Shown in pieces: positions 41,323 through 51,485 of a stretch of DNA of 64,000 bases. The notes below the pieces were generated by a model. The model searched no databases and had not been told where the DNA came from. It saw only the letters and a list, made by a program, of their open reading frames with translations. Source of the DNA: Candidatus Omnitrophota bacterium (GTDB lineage: Bacteria; Omnitrophota; Gorgyraeia; Gygaellales; Profunditerraquicolaceae); assembly GCA_011620275.1 (NCBI GenBank), contig WOZK01000012.1:31665-95664 (forward strand), read 5' to 3'. The stretch's first letter is position 1, and each line of letters begins with the position of its first letter. The translations under genes and the position numbers were made by a program.

Positions 41323-41700
41323 CTACTTTGATTTGAATTCCCCGGTCCGAAAGTCGAGCGAAAGGATGTAAGGTATCTTAGACTGGGGTTCTCTGCCGCC
41401 CTTTGTGCATCTCTCGGCCACGCCTCTCTGGCCCTCGGAAGAAAGATAATAGCGGAAATAATGAGTCGGGACGCATTTTTCCGGAGCGATCACATCGAGC
41501 TCTTTAACCGACTGCGCGCTCTCTCCGGTGAACATGCTGAGCGCCTGCTGCGCGTTGCGCAGCTGCCCAAGCACGTAACGAGCCTCCGCGACGCGTGATT
41601 TCTCTATGATGTCCCTTAAAGCGGCGAAACCCATGAACAAAAGGGCCAGGATGATCAGGATGGTGATAATGAGTTCGAGAAAAGAAAAACCCAATTTCAT
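41323..41700 (-). CDS. Type IV pilin-like protein
   Basis: Class III signal G|FSFLELIITILII, EKSRVAEA...LG, C-terminal Cys pair. Confidence 0.8.
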   Translation of the reverse strand: MKLGFSFLELIITILIILALLFMGFAALRDIIEKSRVAEARYVLGQLRNAQQALSMFTGESAQSVKELDVIAPEKCVPTHYFRYYLSSEGQRGVAERCTKGGREPQSKIPYILSLDFRTGEFKSK

Positions 41701-41740
41701 AATATATTATTTTAGTAGCTTATGGGGAAATGGCAAGCAG

Positions 41741-41778
41741 AAAAAAAAGGGGGCGTTTCCCAGCGGGAACACCCCCTT
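41741..41778 (-). terminator. Intrinsic terminator of hppA
   Basis: GGGGGTGTTCCC-GCT-GGGAAACGCCCCC hairpin followed by T8 on the minus strand. Confidence 0.85.
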
Positions 41779-41798
41779 AGTTATTACGCTAACTGTCC

Positions 41799-43898
41799 TT
41801 ATTTAAAAAAACCGTGCGCGATTATGAACGACGCGAAAACGATGGACACCATGGACATCAGCTTGATTAAAATGTTCAAGCTGGGGCCGGAAGTATCCTT
41901 GAAAGGATCGCCAACGGTATCTCCTACAACCCCCGCTTTGTGGGCTATCGACCCTTTACCGCCGTGATGCCCTTCTTCGATGAACTTCTTGGCATTGTCC
42001 CATGCCCCGCCGGCATTAGCCATCATTACCGCAAGCACGAAACCGGTGACCGTGGCCCCCGTCAATAATCCGACGACCGCTTCCACTCCCACGAAAATAC
42101 CCACCAGTATAGGCGCGGCAATCGCCAGCAGAGAAGCCGGAATCATTTCTTTTTGCGCGGCAGCGGTAGCTATATCCACGCAGCGTGCGTAATCAGGCTT
42201 GGCCTTGCCTTCCAACAGACCGGTTATCTCTTTAAACTGTCGGCGGACTTCCACCACTATCTTGCCCGCAGCGCGCCCCACGGCGCGCATGGTCAAGGCG
42301 CAAAAAAGGAACGGCAGCATCCCGCCCAGAAACAACCCGACCAGGACGTTGGGATTGATAAGACTCAAGGAAAGTTCTTTACCGGCAAGCGCCACCTGGT
42401 CACGGTAAGCCGCGATCAGCGCCAGCGCCGTCAAGGCCGCAGAACCGATGGCAAAACCTTTTCCGGTCGCCGCTGTAGTATTGCCCAAAGCGTCCAGCGC
42501 GTCTGTCCTCTTGCGCACTTCAGGAGGAAGATGAGACATCTCCGCGTTCCCCCCGGCGTTGTCCGCCACCGGCCCGTAAGCGTCGGTAGCAAGCGTGATA
42601 CCGAGCGTCGAAAGCATGCCGACCGCCGATATCCCTATTCCGTAAAGACCGGTCCCGTAATTAGAGGCGCCGCCCGACAGGAAGAAACTCAACATAATCG
42701 CCAAACAAACTATTATTACGGGAACGGCGGTGGACATCATTCCTACCGCCATACCTCCGATAATTACCGTGGCCGGACCGGTCAAGGCCGAGTCGGCGAT
42801 GCCCTGTGTCGGTTTAAAGCTGCTCGAGGTGTAGTACTCGGTGCAAAGACCGATGATCATTCCCGCGATCAAGCCGGCCAGCACGGAATAGTAAACCCCG
42901 ATATGCTGCATACCAAGCGTTCCCTTGACCAGGAAAAAAGAAACCACCGCGACTATAAAGGAACTGACAAAAACGCCTTTTCTCAAGGCCGCCAGAAGCA
43001 CTCGCTGGTTAGCCTCTTCACGGCTCTTGACGAAAAACGTCCCGATGATAGAAGCGACCACGCCCACGGCCGCCATGACCATGGGAACGGTGACCCCGGG
43101 AAGACCGAGACCGGCCGTCACGCCCAGCGCGGAAGTGGCCACGATGGAGCCCACGTATGATTCGTATAGATCGGCTCCCATGCCGGCTACGTCTCCCACG
43201 TTATCCCCCACGTTATCGGCGATTACCGCCGGGTTGCGCGGGTCGTCTTCGGGAATGCCCGCCTCAACCTTACCCACAAGGTCGGCGCCCACGTCTGCGG
43301 CCTTGGTAAATATACCGCCTCCCACGCGCGCGAACAACGCCTGTGAACTGGCGCCCATGCCGAAACAAAGCATAGTAGAAGTAATGGCGGTTATTTTATC
43401 CATGCCGTAAGGAATAGCATGCGTTCCGTAATACCAATTAAGAAAATAATACCAGATGCTCAAATCAAGCAGCCCCAGACCGACTACCACCAGCCCCATG
43501 ACTGCGCCGCTGGAAAAAGCCACGCGCAAGCCGGAATTAAGGCTTTTAGTGGCGGCCTGCGCCGTGCGGTTGGAGGCGTTGGTCGCCACCGTCATGCCGA
43601 TAAAACCGGACAAGCCGGAAAAGAAACCGCCGGTAAGGAAGGCGAACGGCACGAATATCACCAGGTAGTTCTTGAAGGACAGATAAAACAGTATCAGGGA
43701 GACCACGGCAAAGAATATGCCCACTCCGACGTATTGCCTCTTCAGATAAGCGCGCGCGCCTACCTTTACCGCCAGAGCGATCTCCTTCATGCGGTCGTTA
43801 CCCTGGTCCTGTCTCATAATGAAACAAGCCAGATACGCCGCGAACGAAAGCGCCAGGATCGAACCTACGGGTGCCATCCAAAGAAAATCTGAAAACAT
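41799..43898 (-). CDS. hppA: Membrane-bound ion-translocating pyrophosphatase, K+-dependent type
   Basis: [34 protein letters not shown] (Ala, not Lys, at the K+ determinant), [14 protein letters not shown]. Confidence 0.96.
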   Translation of the reverse strand: MFSDFLWMAPVGSILALSFAAYLACFIMRQDQGNDRMKEIALAVKVGARAYLKRQYVGVGIFFAVVSLILFYLSFKNYLVIFVPFAFLTGGFFSGLSGFIGMTVATNASNRTAQAATKSLNSGLRVAFSSGAVMGLVVVGLGLLDLSIWYYFLNWYYGTHAIPYGMDKITAITSTMLCFGMGASSQALFARVGGGIFTKAADVGADLVGKVEAGIPEDDPRNPAVIADNVGDNVGDVAGMGADLYESYVGSIVATSALGVTAGLGLPGVTVPMVMAAVGVVASIIGTFFVKSREEANQRVLLAALRKGVFVSSFIVAVVSFFLVKGTLGMQHIGVYYSVLAGLIAGMIIGLCTEYYTSSSFKPTQGIADSALTGPATVIIGGMAVGMMSTAVPVIIVCLAIMLSFFLSGGASNYGTGLYGIGISAVGMLSTLGITLATDAYGPVADNAGGNAEMSHLPPEVRKRTDALDALGNTTAATGKGFAIGSAALTALALIAAYRDQVALAGKELSLSLINPNVLVGLFLGGMLPFLFCALTMRAVGRAAGKIVVEVRRQFKEITGLLEGKAKPDYARCVDIATAAAQKEMIPASLLAIAAPILVGIFVGVEAVVGLLTGATVTGFVLAVMMANAGGAWDNAKKFIEEGHHGGKGSIAHKAGVVGDTVGDPFKDTSGPSLNILIKLMSMVSIVFASFIIAHGFFK

Positions 43899-44126
43899 CT
43901 CTACTACCTCCTTTTGCCTGTTGAAAAACCATACCGGAGGCTTCCGGCTCCCGGGGCCTTGTCCGGGTAAAATTTAGAAAATAGATTATCACGTTTCGGA
44001 AATGGAGTCAATTAAAAAAAACCGGTTTGTACCGGGTTTTGTTTCTGAAATAACAACACCAAATCTATTCCGGTTATTCGGACCAGGTTTTCGCATTGTT
44101 CCGGGACCCAGTACCTAAAATCCGTA

Positions 44127-44459
44127 TTACCGCGTTCTTCTCGCCGCGAAGGTGAAGGCAAGAAAGTAGCTGCGCCAGGCGGCGTCCGTGGAATGGAAGC
44201 TGTTCTCCCCGAAGAAATCGTCCACTATCGCTTCCCGCATCCTGGTAAGCTCCTTGAGACGGGGAAACCCTTTTGCCGCGCTTATGGTGAGGTCTGACAG
44301 TTCCAGGGCGCGCTCGGCCGCGCGGCGCGCATAATCCGGATTATTGCGGGAACGCCAATTAACGGCCCGTTCCACCTCGCTGCCTATATTAGCCATCTGC
44401 TCGGCAAAGGTCAATTCCTGCCAGCGTCCGGCGGCAAGCTCCTTATGCTGACAACTCAT
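44127..44459 (-). CDS. Hypothetical all-helical protein, coupled to the upstream DUF5674-like gene
   Basis: 110-aa ORF overlapping the upstream gene by 4 nt (ATGA); motif EQMANIGSEVERA. Confidence 0.7.
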   Translation of the reverse strand: MSCQHKELAAGRWQELTFAEQMANIGSEVERAVNWRSRNNPDYARRAAERALELSDLTISAAKGFPRLKELTRMREAIVDDFFGENSFHSTDAAWRSYFLAFTFAARRTR

Positions 44460-44797
44460 CTCTTTATCCTCTCCGCCACTATGGCGGCTATCTCCCTGCG
44501 CAACTTTTCGTCATCAACGCCGCGGCTTTTATTACCCTGTGAAGGGCGAAGATTGATCATCGAATCGAATTCGATAAAAGAATCATCCTGAAGATCGGGA
44601 TAAAGATTGATCCCCCAGAGATATTTTTGCTTAGAACCATCATCGAGCAAAGCGGCTTCCAGATCGGAATGCAAATCAGCATCAACCGCTATCAGCCTGC
44701 GTTCGGTGTCCACGACCGCCTTGACCATATTGCCGAATCCTTCCTCCGCCATCCGCTTCAACTCGTCTATAACCAATGTTTTCGATATTATTCTCAT
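44456..44797 (-). CDS. DUF5674-like protein
   Basis: KAVVD....A.D..LHSDLE..LL.DGS.Q..LWG.N.YP...IEFDSMINLRPSQGN; family name recalled, not searched. Confidence 0.7.
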   Translation of the reverse strand: MRIISKTLVIDELKRMAEEGFGNMVKAVVDTERRLIAVDADLHSDLEAALLDDGSKQKYLWGINLYPDLQDDSFIEFDSMINLRPSQGNKSRGVDDEKLRREIAAIVAERIKR

Positions 44798-45609
44798 GGC
44801 CTCGCAATATCCTCCATATCTTCCATTCCTTCCCCGTTACTTAAATCGGTCTTTTTATTATAATGCTCATACACCATCCTTAATCCCCGCAGGGTCAGGT
44901 CAGGCTCGATACGGTCGAAAACGCGGGTATAACGGCTGATAAACCGTATGTCGCCGCCGGTGCCGATAACCACGGCCTTGCCTCCAAGCTGTTTCTTCAT
45001 CCCGTCGCAGAGTCCATCGCAGACTGCGGCGGTCCCTCTTACTACGCCGTTCAATATGCCGTCCTGCGTGCGCTTGCCCAGCAATCCGGAAGGAGCCTGC
45101 AGTTTGACTTTCGGCAGCAGAGCCGTCCCCTCGCTCAAAGCCCGTAGCTGCATACCCATCCCGGGAAATATCATACCTCCCAGGTATTCGCCCCGCGCGG
45201 ACACCGCGTCAAAGGTGACAGCCGTCCCCAAGTCAACACAGATCAAAGGCACTCCAAACAGCTTAGCCGCGGCGTAAGCGTTCACCAAACGGTCTTGCCC
45301 GGTTTCTTTCGGCCTCGTATAAAGGTTTTTCAACGGCACTATCACGCCGTTGCTGCCGACCACCATCGGCTTAAACAAAGACAACAGTTTCAGGCAGCGG
45401 CAGAAGGAACGCGTCGCCGCCGGCACCACGCTACAGATCACCACGTCCCCAGCGCCTTTTATGCCGATATTGCGCAGGCTCGCGCCGCAATTCTCCGCGC
45501 GCGCGGTGGGGATATTCACGCGGCGCAGCAGCCTCTCACCGAAAAAAACCCCGGCGGTGATATTGCTGTTGCCGATATCAAACGCGAAAAGCGGCTTCAT
45601 AGTTTTCAT
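44794..45609 (-). CDS. coaX: Type III pantothenate kinase
   Basis: DIGNS, GQDR, VDLGTAVTFD, GG.I.PG, TGGD, LTLRGL. Confidence 0.95.
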   Translation of the reverse strand: MKTMKPLFAFDIGNSNITAGVFFGERLLRRVNIPTARAENCGASLRNIGIKGAGDVVICSVVPAATRSFCRCLKLLSLFKPMVVGSNGVIVPLKNLYTRPKETGQDRLVNAYAAAKLFGVPLICVDLGTAVTFDAVSARGEYLGGMIFPGMGMQLRALSEGTALLPKVKLQAPSGLLGKRTQDGILNGVVRGTAAVCDGLCDGMKKQLGGKAVVIGTGGDIRFISRYTRVFDRIEPDLTLRGLRMVYEHYNKKTDLSNGEGMEDMEDIARP

Positions 45610-47576
45610 TTTTTCAACCTCCCGATCTCTTTGAGTTTATCCCTAAAGGCTGCGGCCTTCTCAAACTGAAGGTTGCGCGCCGCCAGTTCCATTTCATACT
45701 CCAGCTCGGAGGCGTAACGGTTCAACTCATATTCTTCTTTGTTGAGGCCGGTCAGGTCTTCCACGTAATCCTCGGCTTTATCGTATATTTCGATGCCGTC
45801 TTTTATTGCCTTGTTCACGGAGACAGGCGTAATTCCGTGCTCTTTGTTATATTCAAGCTGTATCCTGCGGCGACGGTTGGATTCCGAGATCGCCTTGCGC
45901 ATGGAATCTGTCACACTGTCGGCATACATCACCACCGTGCCGTTTATGTTACGAGCCGCTCTGCCGGAGACCTGAATCAACGAAGTGGCGGAACGCAGAA
46001 AGCCCTCTTTATCGGCGTCGAGAATCGCCACCAGCGACACCTCCGGCAGATCCAGCCCTTCACGCAGAAGATTCACTCCCACCACGCAGTCAAAATCCTT
46101 TTTCCGCAGTCCTTTCAGTATTTTGCTGCGCTCGAAGGTTTTGACCTCGGAATGCAGATATTTGACCCTCACCCCGCGTTCCTGAAGATACGTGCTCAAA
46201 TCCTCGGCCATGCGTTTCGTCAGAGTAGTAACCAATGTTCTTTCTTCGCGCGAGGCGCGCTCCTTGACAAGCTTGAGCAAATCATCCACCTGCCCCTCCA
46301 CCGGCTTGATCTCCACCTGGGGGTCCACCAGACCGGTCGGCCTGATTATCTGCTCTACCACGTTCCCCTTGCTCTGCCCGATCTCGTATTTTTCCGGAGT
46401 GGCGGAAACGAATATCGTCTGCCCCATCAAAGCCTCTATCTCCGGAAATCTGAGCGGCCGGTTATCCAGGCATGACGGCAGGCGGAAACCGTATTCTATC
46501 AACACTTCCTTCCTGGCGCGGTCTCCCTCAAACATCCCGCGCAGTTGCGGCACGGTCACGTGCGATTCGTCTATGATGGTCAGGAATCCCGTCGGGAAAT
46601 AATCCATCAGACAATACGGGCGCGACCCGGGCGGCCTGCCGGAGAGGTAACGGGAATAATTCTCTATCCCGTGGCAGTAACCGGTCTCTTTAAGCATCTC
46701 CATGTCATACTTGGTGCGGGACTCGAGGCGCTGCGCCTCCAATAGCTTATTCTGTCGGCGCAGTTCATCGCAGCGCAGGCGCATATCCGCGCTGATCGAC
46801 TCCATAGCCGGAGACATCAACTCCTGCGCTACCAGAAAATGCTTGGCGGGATACACCGCCGCCTTCTCCATGCCGGCGAGAATATTCCCGGATACCGGGT
46901 CGACCTCGCTGATCTTGTCCACTCTGTCTCCGTAGAATTCCACTCTCAAAGCGGTTTCCCTGTAAGCCGGATATATCTCGACCGTATCCCCCCTGACGCG
47001 GAAACGTCCGCGTTTGAACTCGTAATCGTTTCTTTCATACTGCACGTTCACCAGGTCAAGCATCAGCCTGTCGCGACCGTTTTCCGAACCTTTCTCTACG
47101 AAAACCAGCGCGTCGCGGTAGTCATCGGGAGAACCGAGGTTATAAATACAGGAGACCGAAGCCACGATTATCACGTCCCTGCGCGACATCAAAGAACTGG
47201 TGGCGGAAAGACGCAAACGGTCCAGCCTGTCGTTTATGGAGGCGTCTTTCTCTATATATGTGTCCGTTGACGGGATGTAGGCTTCCGGCTGATAATAATC
47301 GTAGTAGCTGACGAAATACTCCACGGCGTTGTGCGGGAAGAATTCCTTGAACTCCGAATACAGCTGCGCGGCGAGCGTCTTATTATGAGAGATGACCAGA
47401 ACGGGGATATTCAGCCCGGCTATCACGTTCGCCAAGGTGAAGGTTTTTCCCGATCCCGTGACCCCGAGCAGAGTCTGGCGGGAATTACCGGAAAGAATTA
47501 ACCGGGTGAGCTTCTCTATCGCCTGCGGCTGGTCGCCGCGCGGGCGGTAAGAAGAAACCAGCTTGAACAAAGACAT
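45606..47576 (-). CDS. uvrB: Excinuclease ABC subunit B
   Basis: GVTGSGKT, YYDYYQPEAY, DESH, LREGLDLPEV, C-terminal UVR domain. Confidence 0.99.
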   Translation of the reverse strand: MSLFKLVSSYRPRGDQPQAIEKLTRLILSGNSRQTLLGVTGSGKTFTLANVIAGLNIPVLVISHNKTLAAQLYSEFKEFFPHNAVEYFVSYYDYYQPEAYIPSTDTYIEKDASINDRLDRLRLSATSSLMSRRDVIIVASVSCIYNLGSPDDYRDALVFVEKGSENGRDRLMLDLVNVQYERNDYEFKRGRFRVRGDTVEIYPAYRETALRVEFYGDRVDKISEVDPVSGNILAGMEKAAVYPAKHFLVAQELMSPAMESISADMRLRCDELRRQNKLLEAQRLESRTKYDMEMLKETGYCHGIENYSRYLSGRPPGSRPYCLMDYFPTGFLTIIDESHVTVPQLRGMFEGDRARKEVLIEYGFRLPSCLDNRPLRFPEIEALMGQTIFVSATPEKYEIGQSKGNVVEQIIRPTGLVDPQVEIKPVEGQVDDLLKLVKERASREERTLVTTLTKRMAEDLSTYLQERGVRVKYLHSEVKTFERSKILKGLRKKDFDCVVGVNLLREGLDLPEVSLVAILDADKEGFLRSATSLIQVSGRAARNINGTVVMYADSVTDSMRKAISESNRRRRIQLEYNKEHGITPVSVNKAIKDGIEIYDKAEDYVEDLTGLNKEEYELNRYASELEYEMELAARNLQFEKAAAFRDKLKEIGRLKK

Positions 47577-47577
47577 T

Positions 47578-48474
47578 TCACCTGCCTTTTACGGCCGCCG
47601 GGATGAATTCCATGCTGATGTCCGCCGATTTAACGTTATGGGTGAGCGCTCCCACGGAGATGATATCCGCGCCGGCGGCGGCGTAAGCGCGAATATTGGA
47701 AAGAGTGATGCCTCCAGACACCTCCAGCAAAGGAACGCGCCGTTCCGCCTTGCCGCGCAGCCGCACCGCTTTACGGATATCGACGGGCTTCATATTATCG
47801 AGCATAATGATGTCCGGCTTAAGCGAAAGCGCCATGCGGAAGTCATCCAGGTTCTCTACTTCTATCTCTATCTTCATCTTTCCGTGCGGGAACCTGTTCC
47901 TTAGCTTTGAGAACGCGCGGCTCAAATAAAGGTGTTTGCCGCTTTTCGGGCAGGCCGCCAGATGATTGTCCTTTACCAGCACCATTTCATCCAGGCAGCT
48001 GCGGTGGTTATCCGCCCCTCCCGTACGCACGGCGTATTTCTGCAAGGAGCGCAAACCGGGGAAAGTCTTGCGCGTATCCACCACTTTGACGCCGTAGGAT
48101 TTCACTTTGTCGGCGTAAGCGCGAGCCTGAGTGGCTATCCCGGAAAGCATCCCTACGAAATTTATAGCGACACGCTCTCCTTTTAGCAGTGAACGCGCCT
48201 TTCCGCTCACGCGTGCCAGTTCTGCGCCGCGTCGGACTTTTTCGCCTTCTCTGCGCAGCTTCCTAAAGGAGACTTTTTCGTCAACCTGCCTGAATACCTC
48301 GGCGGCGATGTCCAGACCGCAGACCACCATCTCCCGGACGGCGATGAAAGAAGCCGAAGCTGAACAGCCTCCGGGCACGAAAAAATCCGTGGTGACGTCA
48401 CCGCTGCCGATATCCTCGCGCAGCGCCTGCGACACTATCCTGCCGTATTCTATATTATTTCCGCAATTCTTCAT
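47578..48474 (-). CDS. nadC: Quinolinate phosphoribosyltransferase
   Basis: EDIGSGDVTT, DTRKT.PG, NHR, KDNH, MLDN, SGGI, SVGALTH. Confidence 0.96.
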   Translation of the reverse strand: MKNCGNNIEYGRIVSQALREDIGSGDVTTDFFVPGGCSASASFIAVREMVVCGLDIAAEVFRQVDEKVSFRKLRREGEKVRRGAELARVSGKARSLLKGERVAINFVGMLSGIATQARAYADKVKSYGVKVVDTRKTFPGLRSLQKYAVRTGGADNHRSCLDEMVLVKDNHLAACPKSGKHLYLSRAFSKLRNRFPHGKMKIEIEVENLDDFRMALSLKPDIIMLDNMKPVDIRKAVRLRGKAERRVPLLEVSGGITLSNIRAYAAAGADIISVGALTHNVKSADISMEFIPAAVKGR

Positions 48475-51205
48475 ATATTCCGCGGTACCTTTCCAGGGTC
48501 TCTTTCAACTCCCGCAGTCTATCTTTCTCTTTATCCACAATTTCCCCGGGGGCTTTGTCTGCGAAACCAGGTTTTGCCAGCATAGCTTCCTTGCCGCGGA
48601 TCGCCCCGGATGTATTATCAATTTTAACGCGGAGTTTTTCCCTTTGCGCCGCGATATCCACTATACCTACGAGCAAAACGCTCACATGCATACCCCCGGC
48701 TACTGCGGCAACCGAAGACGGTTTATGATTGTACCCTTTCTCAATGCCAAGAACGGATATTCTCGCCAGACGGCGTATGACCGCGGAAAGCGGCTTCAGC
48801 GCCTCTGCCTGCGCCTTTGAAGAAGCAGCTATGACCGCGGGTACCTCCTTCTGCGGCGGAATGTCGAGTTCCTGACGGATGTTGCGCACAGCGGCGATCA
48901 CGGCAAAGATATCCTCCATGAAAGTCTCCGCCTTGCGGTCCTGGCGCAAATCCTTGTGTGCCGGCCAGGCGCGCGTCATAACTGAATCGCCCACGTGCGG
49001 AAGTTTCTGCCAAATCTCCTCGGTGATAAACGGCATGAAAGGATGCAAGGCGGCCAGGAAGTTCTCCAGCACACGCAGCATCACCGACTGGTTCTGCCGA
49101 TCCTTCATATCAAGCTTGATTATCTCCAGGTACCAGTCGCAGTATTCCTTCCAGAAAAAAGAATACAGCAGGTTGGCCGCCTCGTTGAAGCGGAAAGCGG
49201 AGAGCGAGGCATCGGTTTTCTTCAGGGTGACGGAAAGCCTGCTCAATATCCATCGGTTGACCGCGCTTAAATCCTTTTCAGAAGAAACGGCGGACGCCTC
49301 AACCGCCCCTGTTCCCGGCTCAAGGTTCATCATCACCAGGCGCGAGGCGTTCCATATCTTGTTGGCGAAATTTCTGCCCTGCTCGAACCTCTCCCTGGAA
49401 AGATAAACGTCCTGCCCTTGGGCTGTGATGGCGATCAGGCTGAAACGCAGGGCGTCGGTGCCGTATTGCGAAATTATTTCCAGCGGGTCGATGCTGTTTC
49501 CCAGGGATTTGGACATCTTCCTGCCGTCCTTATCCCTGACCGTGCCGTGTATATAGACGTCCCTGAACGGTATGTCCCCCATGAACTCAAACCCGGCCAT
49601 AATCATGCGCGCCACCCAGAAAAAGATGATCTCAGAGGCGGTGGTCAGGGTATCGGTGGGATAGAAATACGCCAGTTCTTTCTTTTTCTTCTTCTCTTCT
49701 TTTCCCTGCCCGAACGGCCAGCCGAAAGTGGCGAACGGCCAGAGCCAAGAAGAAAACCAGGTGTCAAGCACATCCTCATCCTGACGCAGCTGCGCGTTTC
49801 CGCAGACCGGGCATTTCTCCGGTTTAGTCCCGGATACAATGACCCCCTCTTCCTCATTATTTTTCCGGCCGGAATCTCTGTCCGCGCGCGATGGACTATC
49901 GGCTGTGGATTGTTCCTGCCGCCTAAGGCAGCTGTCGCAGTAATAAACCGGCAGTCGGTGCCCCCACCAGATCTGCCGTGAGATACACCAATCCTGAATG
50001 TTCTCCATCCAGTTCAGATAGACCTTGGTCCAGCGCTTCGGATAAAACTTGATTCTACCCTTTTTCACCGCTTCTATGGCAGGCAAAGAAAGCGGCTTCA
50101 TCTTCACGAACCACTGCCTGGAAAGATACGGTTCGATTATGGTGTGGCAGCGATAACAGTGCCCGGCGGAAAGCTTATGCGGTTCTATCTTCTCCAGCAG
50201 GCCTTTTTCCTTCATATCTTCCAGCACGACTTCCCTGGCCTCAAACCTGTCCATCCCGGAATACTCTCCGGCAAGGTCGTTCATCCTGCCGTCCGGGTGC
50301 ATCACGTTGATGAATTGCAGTCCGTGCTTTCTGCCCATACGGTAATCGTTGGGATCGTGCGCCGGGGTGACCTTGACCGCTCCGGTACCGAAGCCGGCGT
50401 CCACTTCCGAATCGGCGATAATCTTTATCTCTCTGCCGGCCAAAGGCAGCAACAGCGTTTTTCCGACGAGTTTCTTATAGCGCCTGTCATTTGGATTGAC
50501 CGCGACCGCGGTATCGCCGAGCATGGTCTCCGGCCTGGTAGTGGCAACCGTCACGGACCGCGAAGGGTCGTCCTTCAAGGGATATTTGAGATAATAAAGA
50601 TGCGCGTCCAGCTCATGGTGCGGGGCCTCTTCGTCTGCGAGGGCGGTCTGGCATCGCGGGCACCAGTTGATAATGTATTCGCCGCGGTAAACAAGGCCTT
50701 TTTCGTAAAGCCGGATGAAGACCTCCGTGACCGCCCTGGAATATCCCTCATCCATGGTGAACCGCGCGCGCGTCCAGTCACAGGATGCGCCGAGTTTCCT
50801 GAGCTGTTTTATAATAGTTGAGCCGTACTGTTCCTTCCACTGCCAGACGCGCTCCAGAAATTTCTCGCGGCCAAGGTCCTGCCTGCGCAGTCCTTCCTTC
50901 ATCAGCATCTTCTCCACCACGTTCTGGGTGGCGATGCCGGCGTGGTCTGTCCCGGGCATCCAGAGGCTCGACTTCCCTTTCATACGCTGCTGCCGGATAA
51001 GTATATCCTGAATGGTATCGTTGAGGGCGTGCCCCATATGCAGAATACCAGTGACATTGGGAGGAGGAATAACGATGGAAAAAGGTTTCTTCCCGGAATC
51101 CGCCGAAACCCCGAAATAACCATTATCTTCCCAGAACTTATACCATTTGTCCTCGGTATCCGCGGGATTGTAATGAGTGGGTATCTCGTTTATATTTTCT
51201 TCCAT
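48455..51205 (-). CDS. valS: Valine--tRNA ligase
   Basis: PPPNVTGILHMGH, DWCISRQIWWGH, KMSKS, C-terminal coiled coil. Confidence 0.98.
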   Translation of the reverse strand: MEENINEIPTHYNPADTEDKWYKFWEDNGYFGVSADSGKKPFSIVIPPPNVTGILHMGHALNDTIQDILIRQQRMKGKSSLWMPGTDHAGIATQNVVEKMLMKEGLRRQDLGREKFLERVWQWKEQYGSTIIKQLRKLGASCDWTRARFTMDEGYSRAVTEVFIRLYEKGLVYRGEYIINWCPRCQTALADEEAPHHELDAHLYYLKYPLKDDPSRSVTVATTRPETMLGDTAVAVNPNDRRYKKLVGKTLLLPLAGREIKIIADSEVDAGFGTGAVKVTPAHDPNDYRMGRKHGLQFINVMHPDGRMNDLAGEYSGMDRFEAREVVLEDMKEKGLLEKIEPHKLSAGHCYRCHTIIEPYLSRQWFVKMKPLSLPAIEAVKKGRIKFYPKRWTKVYLNWMENIQDWCISRQIWWGHRLPVYYCDSCLRRQEQSTADSPSRADRDSGRKNNEEEGVIVSGTKPEKCPVCGNAQLRQDEDVLDTWFSSWLWPFATFGWPFGQGKEEKKKKKELAYFYPTDTLTTASEIIFFWVARMIMAGFEFMGDIPFRDVYIHGTVRDKDGRKMSKSLGNSIDPLEIISQYGTDALRFSLIAITAQGQDVYLSRERFEQGRNFANKIWNASRLVMMNLEPGTGAVEASAVSSEKDLSAVNRWILSRLSVTLKKTDASLSAFRFNEAANLLYSFFWKEYCDWYLEIIKLDMKDRQNQSVMLRVLENFLAALHPFMPFITEEIWQKLPHVGDSVMTRAWPAHKDLRQDRKAETFMEDIFAVIAAVRNIRQELDIPPQKEVPAVIAASSKAQAEALKPLSAVIRRLARISVLGIEKGYNHKPSSVAAVAGGMHVSVLLVGIVDIAAQREKLRVKIDNTSGAIRGKEAMLAKPGFADKAPGEIVDKEKDRLRELKETLERYRGIYEELRK

Positions 51206-51232
51206 GAATAATCTCCGGGTGAAAACCGGCTG

Positions 51233-51450
51233 CGGTTACGGTAACGAAAGACGATTGACGATACGGGCATCGTAACCGGGAAACGATAGACGAGTTTTAA
51301 TATCGGTAACGGTTACGGATATAGTCAACCGATCTTCCCTCTCTAATAGCGTACTTCTCCCCAGTTCAGTAAGTTTTTTAAACAGCACACTTTGTCCGCC
51401 ATTGAATCGTTGACGACACTAAAACAAGGACAGCGCAACCGAAAGACGAT
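51233..51450 (-). repeat. Dispersed structured intergenic element, copy 2 (cimA-valS)
   Basis: Homologous to 29546-29749, with compensatory changes in two predicted helices. Confidence 0.75.
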
Positions 51451-51485
51451 ATAAACAACCGGATTTTGTAACTTCTGCACTCTGA

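Noticed and set aside
43910-43975. Na+ riboswitch upstream of hppA
   Set aside because: Two GC hairpins are present, but I cannot match them to a known consensus without a covariance search.
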